From assembly GCF_009914755.1 (NCBI RefSeq), contig NC_060927.1: DNA of 64,000 bases; one strand, written 5' to 3'. Shown one piece after another: positions 16,171-31,682 of the stretch. The stretch is from the human T2T-CHM13v2.0 reference genome, Homo sapiens. A model generated the notes under the pieces. It did not search any database. It was not told the DNA's origin and worked only from the letters and a program-made list of their open reading frames with translations. Made by a program: the position numbers and the translations under genes. Positions within the stretch are counted from its first letter, which is position 1. Each line of letters starts with the position of its first letter.

Positions 16171-17074
16171 GGTTATGTCATTCCTTGGTCAGTAGCTTTC
16201 AGTCTTTTTCACCACTACACCCACCTCAACCAACCATCCTTTCCACCAACCGATGCCCATCACTTCCTTTCAGATGTTGCTGAAGAAACTATTTCTCCAT
16301 ATAATTTTCCCTAGATCACTCTATCCTTCATTCCTCATTACCAAACTGTTTTACTCTTTTAGCCTTTAGTATGTATGCTCTGTGGTCCATTGGTGAGCCC
16401 TTTATCTTTCTCTAATTACACCTGGACTATAGATTTCTAATGCCGAGGACCCTTGGTCTCCTGCCACATTCACATTCCCTTAGCAGAATGTTGCACACCC
16501 AGCAGACAGTACATGTATACTGTGAGTAAATATTTTGTATTCCTAGTCTTGCTAGGATAGAAGTTTTTATTCTATACTTGATGCATTTCTGGATCAAAAT
16601 ATTAAGTCTAAGTCAAGTCTCCATAGTTAAGGTAATCTTGAGGATTAAAACACTTAGGTGGACAGGCAACATAAAACACTTTATCTGAATAATGAAAGAA
16701 GAATCCGTCTGTTGGTCTGAAGTATCAAAGCAACTGTCCCAATCCTACAAACTTTCAGCATTGGGACTTCCTTTCAAGATGTAAGCAGGGATGGAAAATA
16801 TACAATGCAAGCGCCATTGTTTCACTCTCCTGGGCCTGTGACAGACATCATTAAAGTGATCACAACGTTCTTTTCTTCTAAGGCTGAATGCAGTCTTAGA
16901 AACCATTTTAACATGGTATCCTAGATGTATCGTGTCCATCTTGTTTATTTCTATTAAGAAATAGAGTTGGCATGAGAGCTGAAGATCCTATCATATGAAG
17001 GTACACATACAATTTATTATTCAAAAGCCAGAGAACAACATACAACTGCTGCTGCATCTCAGTCTCTCTATATT

Positions 17075-17342
17075 TTAATTTATTTATTGTTTTGAGACAG
17101 GGTCTTGCTTTGTGCAGGAGTGCAGGCTGGAGTGCAGTGATACCAACACAGCTTACTGCAACCTTTGCCACCCAGGCTCAGAAGGTCCTCCCACCTCAGC
17201 CCCCAAGAAGCTGGGACCACAGGCATGGCACCACCGGCATCCCGCCATGTTACCAAGGTCTCAAACTTCTGAGCTCAAGCAATCCACTCATCTTGGCCTC
17301 CCAAAGTCCTGGGATTACAGGGGTGAGCCATCCCACCTGGCC
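17075..17342 (-). mobile_element. AluJ with deleted central linker
   Basis: J diagnostics 'gagctcaagcaatcc'; TSD tcagtctctctatatttta / tcaatctctgtatatttta. Confidence 0.85.
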
Positions 17343-17939
17343 TCAATCTCTGTATATTTTAGAGGATAGATAACTTCGAATGGGAAAAGTTGTCTCTAAA
17401 GTTGACCAGTCAAGAAGAAACAATGCTTCCACTTTAATGCCTATGCCAGACTTACCTTACCCATTAACTTTTAATCCTGTAAGAAAGATTTGCTATGTGA
17501 TGAGGCTGCTTTTGTTGCACCTTGTAAAACATACTGAAATAAACAAACTGTAAATGACTTTGCAGGGATTGCTGATTTAAATAAATAAATTGTTATAATT
17601 GTAGTTACAGTTATAGTCAAGGGGCTATTTCATTTCTCAGACTCTGAACCAAAGCAATTAGGAACAACTCAGACACAAAATGACCAGCATCAAGAATTAC
17701 AATGAAAAGCCAATTACCTTTAACTATAAGAAACCTTATTTGCATTTATTAAAACAAATGATCTCTCAGTACTGGAGAAAATTATGTGGATTGGTTGATT
17801 AACCCTTCACTTGTAAGAGACCAGAAATTACTTTTCAGAGAGCCTGTATCTTTTCTAAATTTACAGACAGGAAACCAGTAAATGATAAATGATCAAGGCC
17901 CAAGGAAAAAACTGCATAGCACAATGGACATCTATGAGT

Positions 17940-18498
17940 TTCACTTGTGCTAGCATGCATTCCTCATTGTGCTGGTACCATCATCCTCACTTTCCTCTGG
18001 GGAATCCCCTTCTCCAGTTCTGACTCCAGATGGTGTAGATGGAGCTAACTTCACTCCCCACTGAGAATGAGCAAATGACCAATCAATGTATTTCACCGAT
18101 GAATGATTCAGGGAGCCAATCATTAATTCAAGTCAGTCCAGTACTACTCAATGCTAAGATTTGAGAACTACTGAAGGAACTATTGTGAAAGGGAAGAATT
18201 TAAAAAAAATCTTGCTGGCATTCTGAGCTGGTAAGATAAAAACTTTGAGCGTCTAGCGGCCATCTAACCACTACAAAGTGAGACCATGCCTATGCGTGAG
18301 ACCAACCCAATGGAAAGAAAACTAAGAGATGATAGAGACATATTTCTGATGCCATCTTTGAGAAGCTGCATCCAATCATTCTGGAGGCAAAAAGCTCTTA
18401 ACTTTATAGATAGGCAAGCCAAAATCTTCTTACTTTCATTAAGCCACAGTTAGAGCTAGGTTTCTGTCATTTGTAAATAAAGAAGTTAAGACTAAATG
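17940..18498 (+). mobile_element. old MaLR LTR (MLT1J/K/L-like)
   Basis: 3' end 'ttaagccacagttagagctaggtttctgtcatttgtaaataaagaagttaagactaa'. Confidence 0.6.
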
Positions 18499-18679
18499 CA
18501 AATCACTTATAGCTTATTTTATTACTAGGTACTCAATGTCTATGCTTTTGCATAGCTAAGTGAGAGAACTTAAATTCCAATACTGATGGGCTATTACCTC
18601 ATGCAGGTACCCTAATAAATCTTGTTTCCTCTCAGTGCCATTGTTTCCTCATTTCTAAAATGGAGATTAAAATGGTAGC

Positions 18680-19490
18680 TCACAAAGAAGAAATACAAAT
18701 GGCCTATAATCACATGAAAAAAATGTTGAACATCATTAGTCAAGAAGGAAATGCAAATCAGCTCTACAATGATACCACTTCACACTCACTAGAATGGCTA
18801 TGATCAAAAAGATAGACAATAACAAGTGTTTTCTAGGCTGTGGAGAAATTTGAAGTCTCATATTGGCAAGTGGGATTATAAAATGGTGCTTCAAAAAGCA
18901 TCTGGCAGTTCCTTAAAAAGTTAAACATAGAGTTACCGTGTGACCCAGCAAGTCTACTCCTAGGTATATACCTCTGAGGAAATAAATATACAAGTACACA
19001 CACACATACAAATTAAAAAGTCCATAACCACATTATTCTTAACAGCCAAAATGTGGGAAAAAAAACCTTAAATTTCCATTTACTAATGAATGGATAAACA
19101 AAATGTGTCATATCCACACAATGGGCATTATTTGGCAATAAAAAGAAATGAAGTTCTGTTACATCTCACAACATGGATGAGCCTTGAAAACATTATGCTA
19201 TGTGAGAAAAGCTAGTCACAAAGACCACATATCATATGATTCCATTTATGTGAAATGTCCAGAATAGGTAAATTCACAGAGATAGCAAGTAGATTGGCAG
19301 TCACCAGGACATAGGAGGAGAGGAAGGACAGTGACTGTTAATGGCTAGGGGTTTCTTTTCAGAGTGATGAAAATGTTCTAGAATTAGATAGTGGTAATGG
19401 CTACTCAACTTTGTATTTATACTAAAACCACCAAGTTTCACATTATAAACGGATAAACATTGTGCTATGTGAATTATTTCAATAAGAAAA
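18680..19490 (+). mobile_element. L1MB-type 3' portion
   Basis: 'caaagaagaaatacaaatggcc...gatgaaaatgttctagaattagatagtggtaatgg...tgtgaattatttcaataa'. Confidence 0.9.
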
Positions 19491-21421
19491 ATATCTTATA
19501 GAAAAAAAATGGTAGCCTATTCTGATTCTCACAAATGACCATTATAAGAAATCCATGATGATAACAATATTAAAGTGACGTTCTTGTTGGAGCCTAAGGA
19601 AAAACAATCCATACAAATGCAAAGGCCTATTGTTTTTAAGGCCTCAGCAAGTGCTAAGAGAATGGGAAAAGAAAATTACCAAATAGATTTTCCCAGATCA
19701 CTTAGCTTCCTTTGTATCCAGCAATGGTCAACAAATATATAGCAGGCATACATAAAAGCTATTCGGAGATCTCTTGAGGTTAACAGCATGCAACATATTG
19801 CCACTGCCCCCAGCCTGGCCAGGAATATTATTTATGCCACCCTTTCACAGCTGTATCAATCTCCCATGAAACATTCAGAGCCTCCTTGTTAATAAACTAC
19901 ATTATGAGCCGGATGCATTGTCTGGATAAACTGCATTGTCCAAAACACTGCCCCATTATTACAGAAAATGCAGAATGTAATTAGTATTCTTCTTTGCATA
20001 AACTGCAGCTTCCAAAAATGGTGCCATATTATAAAGCCTTAATTAATAAACAAGAGTTGGGCCATGACCAGTTACACTTATCTGAATTTTATATTGTGAA
20101 GAAAGGCCACTGTTCAAATTCCGTTTACAAATATCTAAATTCTGGCTAGCCTACATGAAGATAGTCTAAACAGAAAGCCTGAGAATTCTGTGTTGCTAAT
20201 AGCATTGTGTTGGTACACCAACAATAGCAAGCCATTAACTGCAGGGACATAAACCATCCTGAGAAATGTTCAGAGTGGAAGGATGATAACATTGTATTTC
20301 AGCTGCATCGTATGGTGCAATTCTTCTATTTGTTCATATGCATTTCCCATTTAATAGATGGAGGAACCAGGGTGGCTTTTCATATCTCTGTGAAACCTTA
20401 AATGTGGGGGAGAAAAGTGAGCTGGCAAAAAAACAAAAAGGATAAGTACGAGGTATTGTGGGGTGGGAGCAGGGTTACATCACAATGGAATGTAAGTACA
20501 CAGTTGCTTTCTCCATTTCCAGCTGGTTTTTATTGATTTTCCCCTAACCTAACCCCAAAGCAAGGCCATTTACATAAGTCATGAGCATTGAACTAATATT
20601 TGGGACCATAATATTAAGCAGCCCATTTTATGAACCTCGGCTAAAGGAGCATTTGCATTAAACTGCACTCACCTGATTAAAATCCATCAACTCTAGCACC
20701 TTGAGAATTGTAGAGTACCTGTTAAGCTCGGCTGTGGGACTCTGCATACTGAGGCAGACCATAATCAGAAGGCAGCAAGGAATCCGACCGGGAGAGGAAA
20801 GGGAGGAGGAGAACATGTGATGTGTGTTGAAAAGCAGATCGCATGAAAGACCGCTAGTGCTCAAATCTGAAAAGAGTCCTAAGCCTACTGCAAACACAGA
20901 GCTGTGCGAACATGATAATTCTTTCAGCAAAGTCCATAATATGGCTTATAGGGCCCTGTGAAAACAAGGTGGATGAGATAGTATTACAGTTCAGTGAAGA
21001 GTAACTGGCCCAGCAATGGAATGTAGCATACACAGGAGGCCCCAAAATGGTCCCTGCCTCAGCAGAATGAGCAAGAGCTCAGAGAGTCCAAGCCGAGGGA
21101 CTTTCTGCAGCCTAAACAAGCCGTCTTAGATCACTGCCCTTTCCATCAGCTCCAGGTACCAAGCACAGGCTCAGAGTCCTATCTGTCTCAGAAGGACCTG
21201 CTTTACCGTGACCGCAAGGATGGCATTTGAATCAGTAATAGGCTGTCAGAGGCCACCTTGATGCATTTGAAGAAGAGCTATCCCTGAGACATTGGTTCAA
21301 GTTCTCGATCTGTACCACCTAGCTGTGTGGTCACGGACAAGCAGTCTTGCTCATCTGACCAAGTGGATGCAGATAATAAACACATGTGAAATGAATGAAT
21401 GAGAGAATAAGACCTCTGAAG

Positions 21422-22412
21422 CAGAATTTCTCTCCCCAGTGATACAGACAGAAGACAAGGAAATACTGGGTAGAAGAGGGAGGTTCCCTGGCAAAGGCCC
21501 CAACCTCAAGCCTGGAGACCTGCGGCCCCTAAGTGGGGCATTTCTGTTTTTGTACCCAAACGGTTGCCTTTTGGCATGCCACACTCCCTTATCCTGTACC
21601 CATATAAATCCCGGACCCCAGGCTCCAGGAGCAGACAAGGAGAAGAGGAGAAAAGCAGACAAATGACACAACAGAGAAAGAGAGAGGAGAAGGAATGTCT
21701 GAACGCCGAGAGGAACTCAGCTGGGGGCAGTCGGAGAAGAGTTTGGCCGCTGAACAGCCAAAACTCCAGGGGAAGATCATCTTCCCATTCCATCCCCCAG
21801 CCAGCTCCCCATCCATCCCATTGAGAGCCACCTCCACCACTGAATAAAACCCCTGCATGCATCCTTCAAGCCTGTGTGTGACCCAATTCTTCTAGGATGC
21901 TGGACAAGAGCTTGGGATACAGAAAGCTGTCACACTGGCCCTCTGCCCTTGCAGAAAGGCAGAGGGAGCACTGAGCTGGTTAACACTTAAGCTATCTGTG
22001 AATGGCAGAGCTAAAAGAGCATTGTAACACTGGGGCCACAGGCACCCACCCCTAGACACTACCATGGGACTGGAGCCCAAAGCACTCACTCTTGCTCCTG
22101 CACCTGGCCATCTGTGTGCTCCCTCTCCCACAAGGGGTTTGAGTTCATGGTGGTTGAACAGAGAGCCGCACCCCTGTCGCATGCCCCATGAGTGGGGCCA
22201 GGGAACTCTTCTGTTTCATCAACACTATTGACATTTGAGGTGGGATGATTCTTTATTGGGGAGGCTGTCCTGTGCATTGCAGGATGTTCATCCCTGGCCT
22301 CTACCTACAAGATGGTAGTAGCACACATACTCCCTCAATTATAACAACCAAAAAGTCTCCAGACATTGCCATATGTCTCTCAAGAGCCAAAATTATTCCC
22401 AGTTGAGAATCT
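21422..22412. mobile_element. MER20 interrupted by LTR1
   Basis: MER20 start 'cagaatttctc' before the LTR; body 'cactattgacatttg...ctgtcctgtgcattgcaggatgtt...cagttgagaa' after it. Confidence 0.7.
21440..22218 (+). mobile_element. solo LTR, LTR1 family (HUERS-P-type, ERV1)
   Basis: 'tgatacagacagaagacaaggaaatactgggtagaagaggg...' to 'ggaactcttctgtttca'; TATAAA ~21605, AATAAA ~21843; 779 bp. Confidence 0.8.
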
Positions 22413-22904
22413 CTAATTTATCCTTCAGAATGTACATTCCAGGATCTAAATTAATGAGCCATACACCCAGATAGTGCCCCCTAATTATTAGGAAAACTTA
22501 CATAGATACCTTCATTATCACTGGAAATTCATCAAGACAAAAATTTTACTGAGCACCTATTATCTGCCATGTAGAAAGATACTGTTCCTGCTCCTGAGAA
22601 GCTCACAAGTTTAAGTGGAAAGTGGCATTTTACAACTTCACATCAAAGAAAAGAGAAATGTTCAGGTAACCATCTTTCCAATAAATAATAGAATATCCTT
22701 CTATCTGATTAGAGAGGTGAACTGTAAAGACAGGCAAGAATCAGAGCATATCTCTTTGCTATTAAAAGAATACTACATGTATCAAAGTTGCTGACATTTG
22801 ATAAGGTGAATTTTTGGTAATTTTGACTCATTTTAGATGTTTGCTGCAGTTGTTTATTGCTGGGTGCAGGGAGTCTCAGACTCAAAGGACAATCTTATGA
22901 GGTG

Positions 22905-23165
22905 GTTTAGCCTAAGAGCATAAGCCAAAAGAGAGAGCTCTGGAATGAAACTGCCTGGTTTTAAATCTAGATTCTGCCATTTGCTTGTTACGTGACCCCT
23001 GGCAATTCATTAACCCCTTCAATCCTCAAATCCTTCTCTATGAAAAGGAGATAATCAATGTACCTACCTCACGGATTTGTTAAAAGGGTTAAATAACTTA
23101 TGTAAAGTGCTGAACACAATGCCTCCCACAAAGCAAAAATTGTAAGAACAATAGCTGTTAGCATT
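22905..23165 (+). mobile_element. MIR
   Basis: 'ctgcctggttttaaatct...tatgaaaaggagataatcaatgtacctacctc...gtaaagtgctgaacaca'. Confidence 0.65.
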
Positions 23166-23203
23166 GTTATATTGATATTGCTGCCTCTCCATTTTATTAT
23201 GAT

Positions 23204-23375
23204 CTTTTTTATTGTAGTAAAATACATGTAATATAAAATGTGCCATTTCAATCATCTTTAAGTCTACAGTTCAGTGGCATTAGGTACATTCATATTATTT
23301 TGCAACCATTACCATCATCCATCTCTAGAACATCTTTTATTTTCCCCAGTTGAAATTTCCCATTCCTCCCTCCAC
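23204..23375 (-). mobile_element. L1M 3' end fragment
   Basis: 'ttattgtagtaaaatacat...tacagttcagtggcattaggtacattca...accatcatccatctctagaac'. Confidence 0.7.
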
Positions 23376-24547
23376 CAGGGTTGTTCTCTTAAACCAGTCC
23401 TTACCCAGCAAAATACCTTCTAAGGAAATGAGGACAAAGCTTTTGTAAATGAGACTAAAGGCAATTCAAACTCAGGTACCCTGGAAACTGAATAGAGGTA
23501 GTGCTTAAAATGGCCATTTGGGCCACTTGGGGTTATGTTGATGAGTTTAGTCACCATGAACCAACTCCTAGGAGTAACATTCTAAGTGGGTTTTTGTTTT
23601 GTTTTGTTTTTTGTTTTGAGGCAAATGGTTCCTGGCTCTGTGGCCTTCCCATCTTACCATCACAGAAGCATTCACTCTACTCCTCTAATCAATATTAACC
23701 CAGAAAAAAAGTCCAGGGACATATATATTTTGGTAGCCTAGAATTAATGGGAAAAGACAAGTTGCTGGGTCTAAACTATCAAAGTCACGTACTTTTTAAC
23801 AGAGAATGAACAAACCTCCTCCCTTCAAGAATCCACCTGTTTTTGCAAGAGCATTCTGGGGTGGGAGGAAAACCTTCTGATTTCTAGCCAGCTCCTCAAA
23901 ATAGCTAAAGAGTTCCTAATTTCACCTCAAACCTCTGTTTCAGCACCTACTGTGTTGTGCCAAGTTATTTCTCATCCACTATCATTTTTGACAGTGGATC
24001 TGACCCTATTGCAATCGAGTTTAAGGAGTTTGTAGACAGGAACCCTATCTGAGCTGTCAGCACGTTGCCTGATCATCTTCAGCAAGTGGTCTGGCAGAAG
24101 CATGCAGGTAAGGATGCCCTGAAGCAGGCTGTCAAGAAAACTGACCAATGAGAAAGGTGTTTTGTGCTCCACAGCTGAAGCCAATTCTGCTGGGACATCC
24201 CAAGACAGACTCCACTCGGACTCAACTGATAATACACACTTTACATCTGTCACTATCTGCCCAGGCATATTGACTTTGTAACATTCCCCCCAGGCACTTC
24301 AAGTCCAGTTTCGACTCTGTGACTTTTGCCTGTGGTCACTTTGCCTGAAATGCCCTTTCTCCTTCTCCTTCTTATCCATTCATTAGGATCTAGCAAAATG
24401 TACCTCCTTTGAAAAGCACTTTCTGTAGCCCTCAGGCACAAGTGGGGATGGCTGTGTTGGACCAGAAAAAGCAACCATTGAAATTTCCAAACTGAATCTG
24501 TACTTTGATTTATTTCAGTGTGGTATAATGTATGGTATAATATATGG

Positions 24548-24900
24548 CAATGTTTTCCAAGTCTGACTGTACATCACAGTGACCTGGGGGACTTTTGAAA
24601 AATAGATTCCCAGGCTCCCCTCCAATTAAGACAGCAGGTCAGAAGGTTGCAACTCAGGAAGCTTTACTTAATGTCTAGAAGTTTCCCAGGATATTCTGAT
24701 GCATGAACCGTACTTGAAACAATAGTCAGACATTGCTACTTATCAGCTGTGTGATTTGGGGCACTCTGAGCTTGTTTCCTCATCTGTAAAATAGCGGGGA
24801 AGTAGGGGAGTGTCACAAGGTCTTAGAAAGGACCACATGAGGGAATGAGTGCAAAATTCTTAAATGATGCCTCAGTAAGTGAAATTATGATGCTAATTAC
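24548..24900. mobile_element. MER5A followed by MIR fragment
   Basis: MER5A-like 24548-24720; MIR core 'tttcctcatctgtaaaatag' ~24776. Confidence 0.55.
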
Positions 24901-25716
24901 AACGAATGTCCTTAAAAAGCTACTTTTCACTTCCAATAGTCCAGCTTGCAAAACCTTCCTCTATCAGAGAAAAATTTAGTGAAAGAGTAAATGGGCTTCA
25001 CACCAGGATGATAGCCTGGAAAAATCAAAAGAGACATTGAGACATTGCCCACATAGAAAGCAGGGGAAGAGCATGTTCAGTTTTTCTGAAGGTCTATATT
25101 CTTCATTCCTACTGTCCATTTCTCCTGATTAAAAGTCTCTCCCAATAGCTGAGACCATTAACAAATATAAGCCCATCAAATGGTAGCTACCCCACTTTGT
25201 AAAATTAGGCTTTTGTGTCTCTCATAGAATAATGTTCTAACACTTCACTACCTGTAATAAAGTATTTGCACCACAAGAAAAAAATGTATTTCATGACCAG
25301 CAGGCTACAACCAGCATTCTGCTTTTAGGAACCCATGCGTTTGATTGTATCCTAAGTTGGTAATGAGTCACCACTTTTGCATTTAGTTAAGGACACCAAA
25401 CAATGACTCTGTGAACCTCAGCTCAGACTGCCCCTGAGTCCTCAGAAGATGCCTAAATATGGACTGTTCTGTAGCGCTTAAGGATATCAAATGACAGTAT
25501 ACCATGACAATCACAACTAATCGAAGTCCCCTGCAGAGTAGTTCCTCATAAAGAGATGGAGATGGAAAAGTAGGAACGTTTTTCAATGCTATGCAGAAGG
25601 AAAATAATACCTACTGACCATATTCATCCTTTCAAAGGTCTGCCCTGAAGGCAAGTTGACAACACCCAGGCTTGGTTCTCCCTTTTGGAAGAGCTAACGC
25701 TAGGAGAGTTCACCCT

Positions 25717-25732
25717 TGCTCCCTCTGGCGGG
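25717..25732 (-). promoter_or_regulatory. candidate CTCF site
   Basis: Minus strand CCCGCCAGAGGGAGCA fits the CTCF core CCRSYAGRKGGMRS; motif only. Confidence 0.5.
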
Positions 25733-26924
25733 AATCAGCAGAACAGAGCGGGAGGCACTGTGGCATTAGGATTGCAAACCCTGGCTTCGGACACAGTGCT
25801 GCTTGAATCAGAATCTACACTGCAGCTGGGCAACTGGCTGAGGTCACATTTTTAGGCTCTGAGCTGCTTTCTCTATTTGCAAAGTGAGAATACACAGCTT
25901 CTAAGGTCATAATGCAGATCAAATTATATATAAAGCACTTAACATGTGCTCAGTAAAAAGTCATTGATCTAATTATTGTTGTACTTTATTGTCATTAATA
26001 TCAAGGGAATGACAGCATAGTGAGTCTCCTAGGGATGCAGGTCAATAGATGTTGAACTGCTATTATGCAGCAGGTACTGTGCTAGGTCCTGGGTAATACC
26101 AGAGCAAACAAGATCAACACAATCTGCACCTCCAGGAAGCTTATGGTCTAGTTCAGAGGTAGGAAAAATGTGTTTTGTTTGGCCTGCACCTTGTGTATAA
26201 ACACAAAACATAGAGCAAACATTTTAAACTTGGATGACTTCACACCACAGTCCAGATTTCTGGCTTCTCTTTGAAAACATCAGAAATTCTGAGAGTAAGG
26301 GAGATTTCTGTCCACATGCCAAGCCTTCTAAGTCCCAAAGCACCAACCTTCCACTGGAGAGTGGCCTGCTGGCTCTTCTCATTAAGAAAAATCTCCCTCT
26401 GGCTACACATGATGAGGGGCCTGGAGGAATTAAGAGAGATGAGGTAGCTGAGGACACAGGTCCAGGGGACCAGAACTGAAGCAAGGAAGGAGAAAGGAGA
26501 CTCAGCGCTGGTTCTCTTTCACGGGGTTTTTTTGTCTCTCAGCTCAGCTCGCTCTGTTTGGCTGGACACAGAAAACCCTGGAGGAGAATTCTGATTCCAA
26601 CTTGCTCTTTGCACAGTTAATTATTTGGAGCTCCCAGAAGGTTGGAGAGAACAATGACTTCCCCTGCAGTGGCAGCTGGACTAGCTTAGTTCCCTTTTCT
26701 GCCCCCAGGGGTCAGAACCCAAGGAAGGGGGGCTATTTGTTTTGGCCTTAAACCAAATCTGCCTAGAGACACAGAGCGATGCTCTGACCTGAGACCACAA
26801 AAGCTACTATTTCAATGCCTGGTAAAGCTCCTCTCTCTTGCCGTCCACAGCAGGCTACTGACGAAAAACGCGTTTTCCCTATGCAAACTGTTTACTTCTC
26901 TCCTTTGCAAATTGGAAGTAATGT

Positions 26925-26977
26925 AAAAAAAAAAAAAAAACAAAAAAAAAAAACAGAAAGAAAAGAAAAGAAAAAAA
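26925..26977. repeat. A-rich / (GAAA)n low-complexity tract
   Basis: Seen directly. Confidence 0.9.
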
Positions 26978-27504
26978 CCTATATGCACAAGAATTCCATC
27001 TCTCCTTGCAAATAAGATATTTCACATTTCCTTAGGCAGATAGCATGCAGACAAGTAGGGGAACTAATTGGGATGGATCAGTGAAAACAACGAAAGCTCA
27101 TTTATACACAACTTGCTAAGTGTCCACAACTTTGTTCTAATAGGGGATCCATGACAAGTCCCTCAAAAACAGAGAAACAGGAGAGAATAATTTACACTTT
27201 ATAGTTGTGAGCCCTGTAACAGTAGAACAACCTTCCTGCAGTCCCAGAGAGATTGTCCCCACATCTAACCAAAACCATTACCATCAATGGTGTCCTGCAT
27301 TTTGAACAGTTGTTAATGAAGTCTTGCCTGACCCAATACAGAGTGAAATGGGTGTAGTTGCTGCTACAGGCTGCCTTCTAGCCTTCCTGCATCTGAATAC
27401 ATTTTCTCTGTTGGCTGTTCTGATAGAGATTCATCTGGAATTCTTAACTAGATAAATCCCTCAATGACAAGGTAAGGCCCATCTTCTGATTAAACTTGTA
27501 TTGA

Positions 27505-28380
<876 letters not shown>

Positions 28381-29699
28381 CTAACAATAGTTACTCTGGT
28401 ACCAACCCAATATACCAGAGTCATCCAATGGCCCAAGAGTGGTACTAACTGTAATTCCTGATTCTGTGAAGCTGAGTAAAAACATTTAGAAAGACCAAAC
28501 TAAAAAGGATCTGAACGCATCTGTACTCCCTCATCCCCAGCAGCAAGGTACCACCACGTACTCTGAGTGATCATAGCTTTATACTTGAATTGACAAATTC
28601 TGCATAAGACTCCACAGGAAACCCATTAAATAGGCAGGGAAGAAAATGCTCACCATTCAGCATTGACAAGAAAGATGATAACAAGCAAGTTTTCAGTCAA
28701 AGTGGGTAAAATGTTGAATTTCTACTCTAGTGTCATTAGCACTGCACCTGATTTTTTAAAACAATATTTTGGTTAATCAAAACTCTGGGTCAATCAACTG
28801 TTCCACAGTGACAGCTCCTGTGGTCATCAATCTTCGTTATCGCTTGAAGCTGACATGGTCTCGGTCCACAGGAGAGTAAGCAGCAAAAGACAAAGGTTTC
28901 TCTTCATTTCCCCCAAAGGGAGTTAAGCAATGAGTCATAAAAGCATCTAAATTATTCACATGGCTTTCCAGAAGTTTATGATTCAAGATTTGGGAGAGAT
29001 AATTGAAGGAGGTGGGGTGGGAAACGTAACACTGGATGAACACATTTATTTTGAAAATGAAAGGATGAGTTTCTGAGGTAGACCCAATTACCACACACAG
29101 GGCTTCAGGAGCGACAGCAGCGGCCTTTGGTTCCGCCACACAATGCTTCATTCATTCCTTACATGGGTTCGGACGATCATTATTAACCTACAGTCACCTG
29201 AGAAAAGCTCAGTGTCTGCCAATCAGTCACACTGGACTTTTGTGGAAATGGAAAAAGGAAGAGAGAGTAAGAAGGGAGGGATGGAGCAAGGGTATGGAGG
29301 GAATGTGAGGAAAGCACAAGGAGGGGCCAGAAGGTGTCAGCTGGTGGAGGAGATAAAATGTTTTCTGTTTCTGTTTTACTTGTAGGGTATAAGAAAGAGA
29401 CATCAGTGTGAAGATATGCCACTGGGTAGGGGCTGAGGGTTGTTTGTATGTTTGTTTGTTAATAAACGTGGCTTGAATTAGATATATGGCTCTCCGTTTT
29501 AGTATATAAGAAATACAAGTAAAAGAGTTCAGCTATTGTGAAACTTCATTCTCTTGCCAAATGGAGTTTCCTTGACTGTAATGCTCCAAGACTGAACCAT
29601 GTACATTCACTATTTATAAAAGCTAGACATGCATTTATTGAACCTACCAGATGTAGGTACTGTAACCAGGCATGATTAACAGTAGAAAGAACTGAAAAA

Positions 29700-30165
29700 C
29701 CCTTCATGATTCAGCCTTAGTTTACCTTACTGGTTTTATCTCCTGTGAATTCTCCTTTAAAACTAAGATCACAGTTCTGTGGTTCTTGGAATTCACAAAA
29801 AAAAAAAAAAATGCTCTACTTCCCCTCTGTGTATGTGAGTATTCTCTCTGCACTGAATGCCCTTCCTCCTTCATCTAGCAGCACTGCTCCTCTCTGCCTG
29901 GAATTGTCTAATTCCTGCCATTCCTCGGATCTGTTTAGACATAACTTCCTCAGGATGCCATCCTGAATTCTGAGCTGAGTCAGGTATCCCTTCTCAGGGC
30001 TCTCACTGAGCTTATCTCAACAGTAGTCTAGGTAGCATTCAATCATAATTAGATAGTGTGCAAGCTTTCTGATGGCAGAGGCTAAGACGTTATCATGTTT
30101 GTATCCCCAGCCCCTAGCACACCATGAAACACAAAATGCCCAATAAATTTTTGCTGAATAAATAA
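29700..30165 (+). mobile_element. L2 3' region
   Basis: 'gtatccccagcccctagcaca...caataaatttttgctgaataaataa'. Confidence 0.6.
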
Positions 30166-31054
30166 AAAAATACAATACTTGATACCCAACTCCAAGGCAC
30201 TTTCAGTGTAGTTAGTAAAGATAGAACATTTTGAAACATAACACAGCACAGGGCAATATGAAAGAAAATAAAAAATTAAATAAATCTGTTATAAGCAACA
30301 AAGCAGGTATTTAGAGAAGGCAAAGATTACTTTTAGCTGGGGTGACAGGAGCAACAGAATCAACGACAATTCAATGTGTGTTCATGACACAAGTCCTGTG
30401 TTAGTTGTTTTCAACAACAACCCTGTAACTTGATAATATTATCCCCATTAACAAATGTGGAACCCAAGGTTCAGAGAGGTAAGTGATTTTTCAAGGTTAT
30501 ATAATCAGCAATGCCAGGATTTGAATGATGAATCTAAGATTTCAAAACACTGAGAATGGAAAGGTGGGTATCCCAGGTAGAGTAAAAACAGAAACAGAAA
30601 AAAATGTGCAAGTGCATCTCAGTGTAATGTATGTCCTGGGGATTAAAAACAAATCAACTTGATATAATCTATTATAGGAATGCTAAGGATGCTGATCCTA
30701 GCAAGTAAGCTGTGACTAGACTGCTGGGGGCCTTGAGTGTCATGCTGAGGAACTTGGGTGCTGAGGAGCCATTAGAAGCTTTGGAGTAGAGAAAATGTGA
30801 TCAGAGCTGAAACTCTGAAAGCCTTATTAGAGAGTGGGAGATAGGATGAACTGGAAAGATAAGAAGGAAGTTTGCAGGCAAGGTAATTCTGTTGGGGACA
30901 AAAAAACTTTTCCTTTATCTTCTTATGTTAGGTATTTGGGGGCCTGCAAATTAAACTGACAAACCACAGATTAACAGGAGAAAAGTTTATTTATGTGCAT
31001 ATGGAAGCTTACAAAAGAAGTAACTCAATAAATGGTTAAAGTTAGAGGCTTATA

Positions 31055-31682
<628 letters not shown>

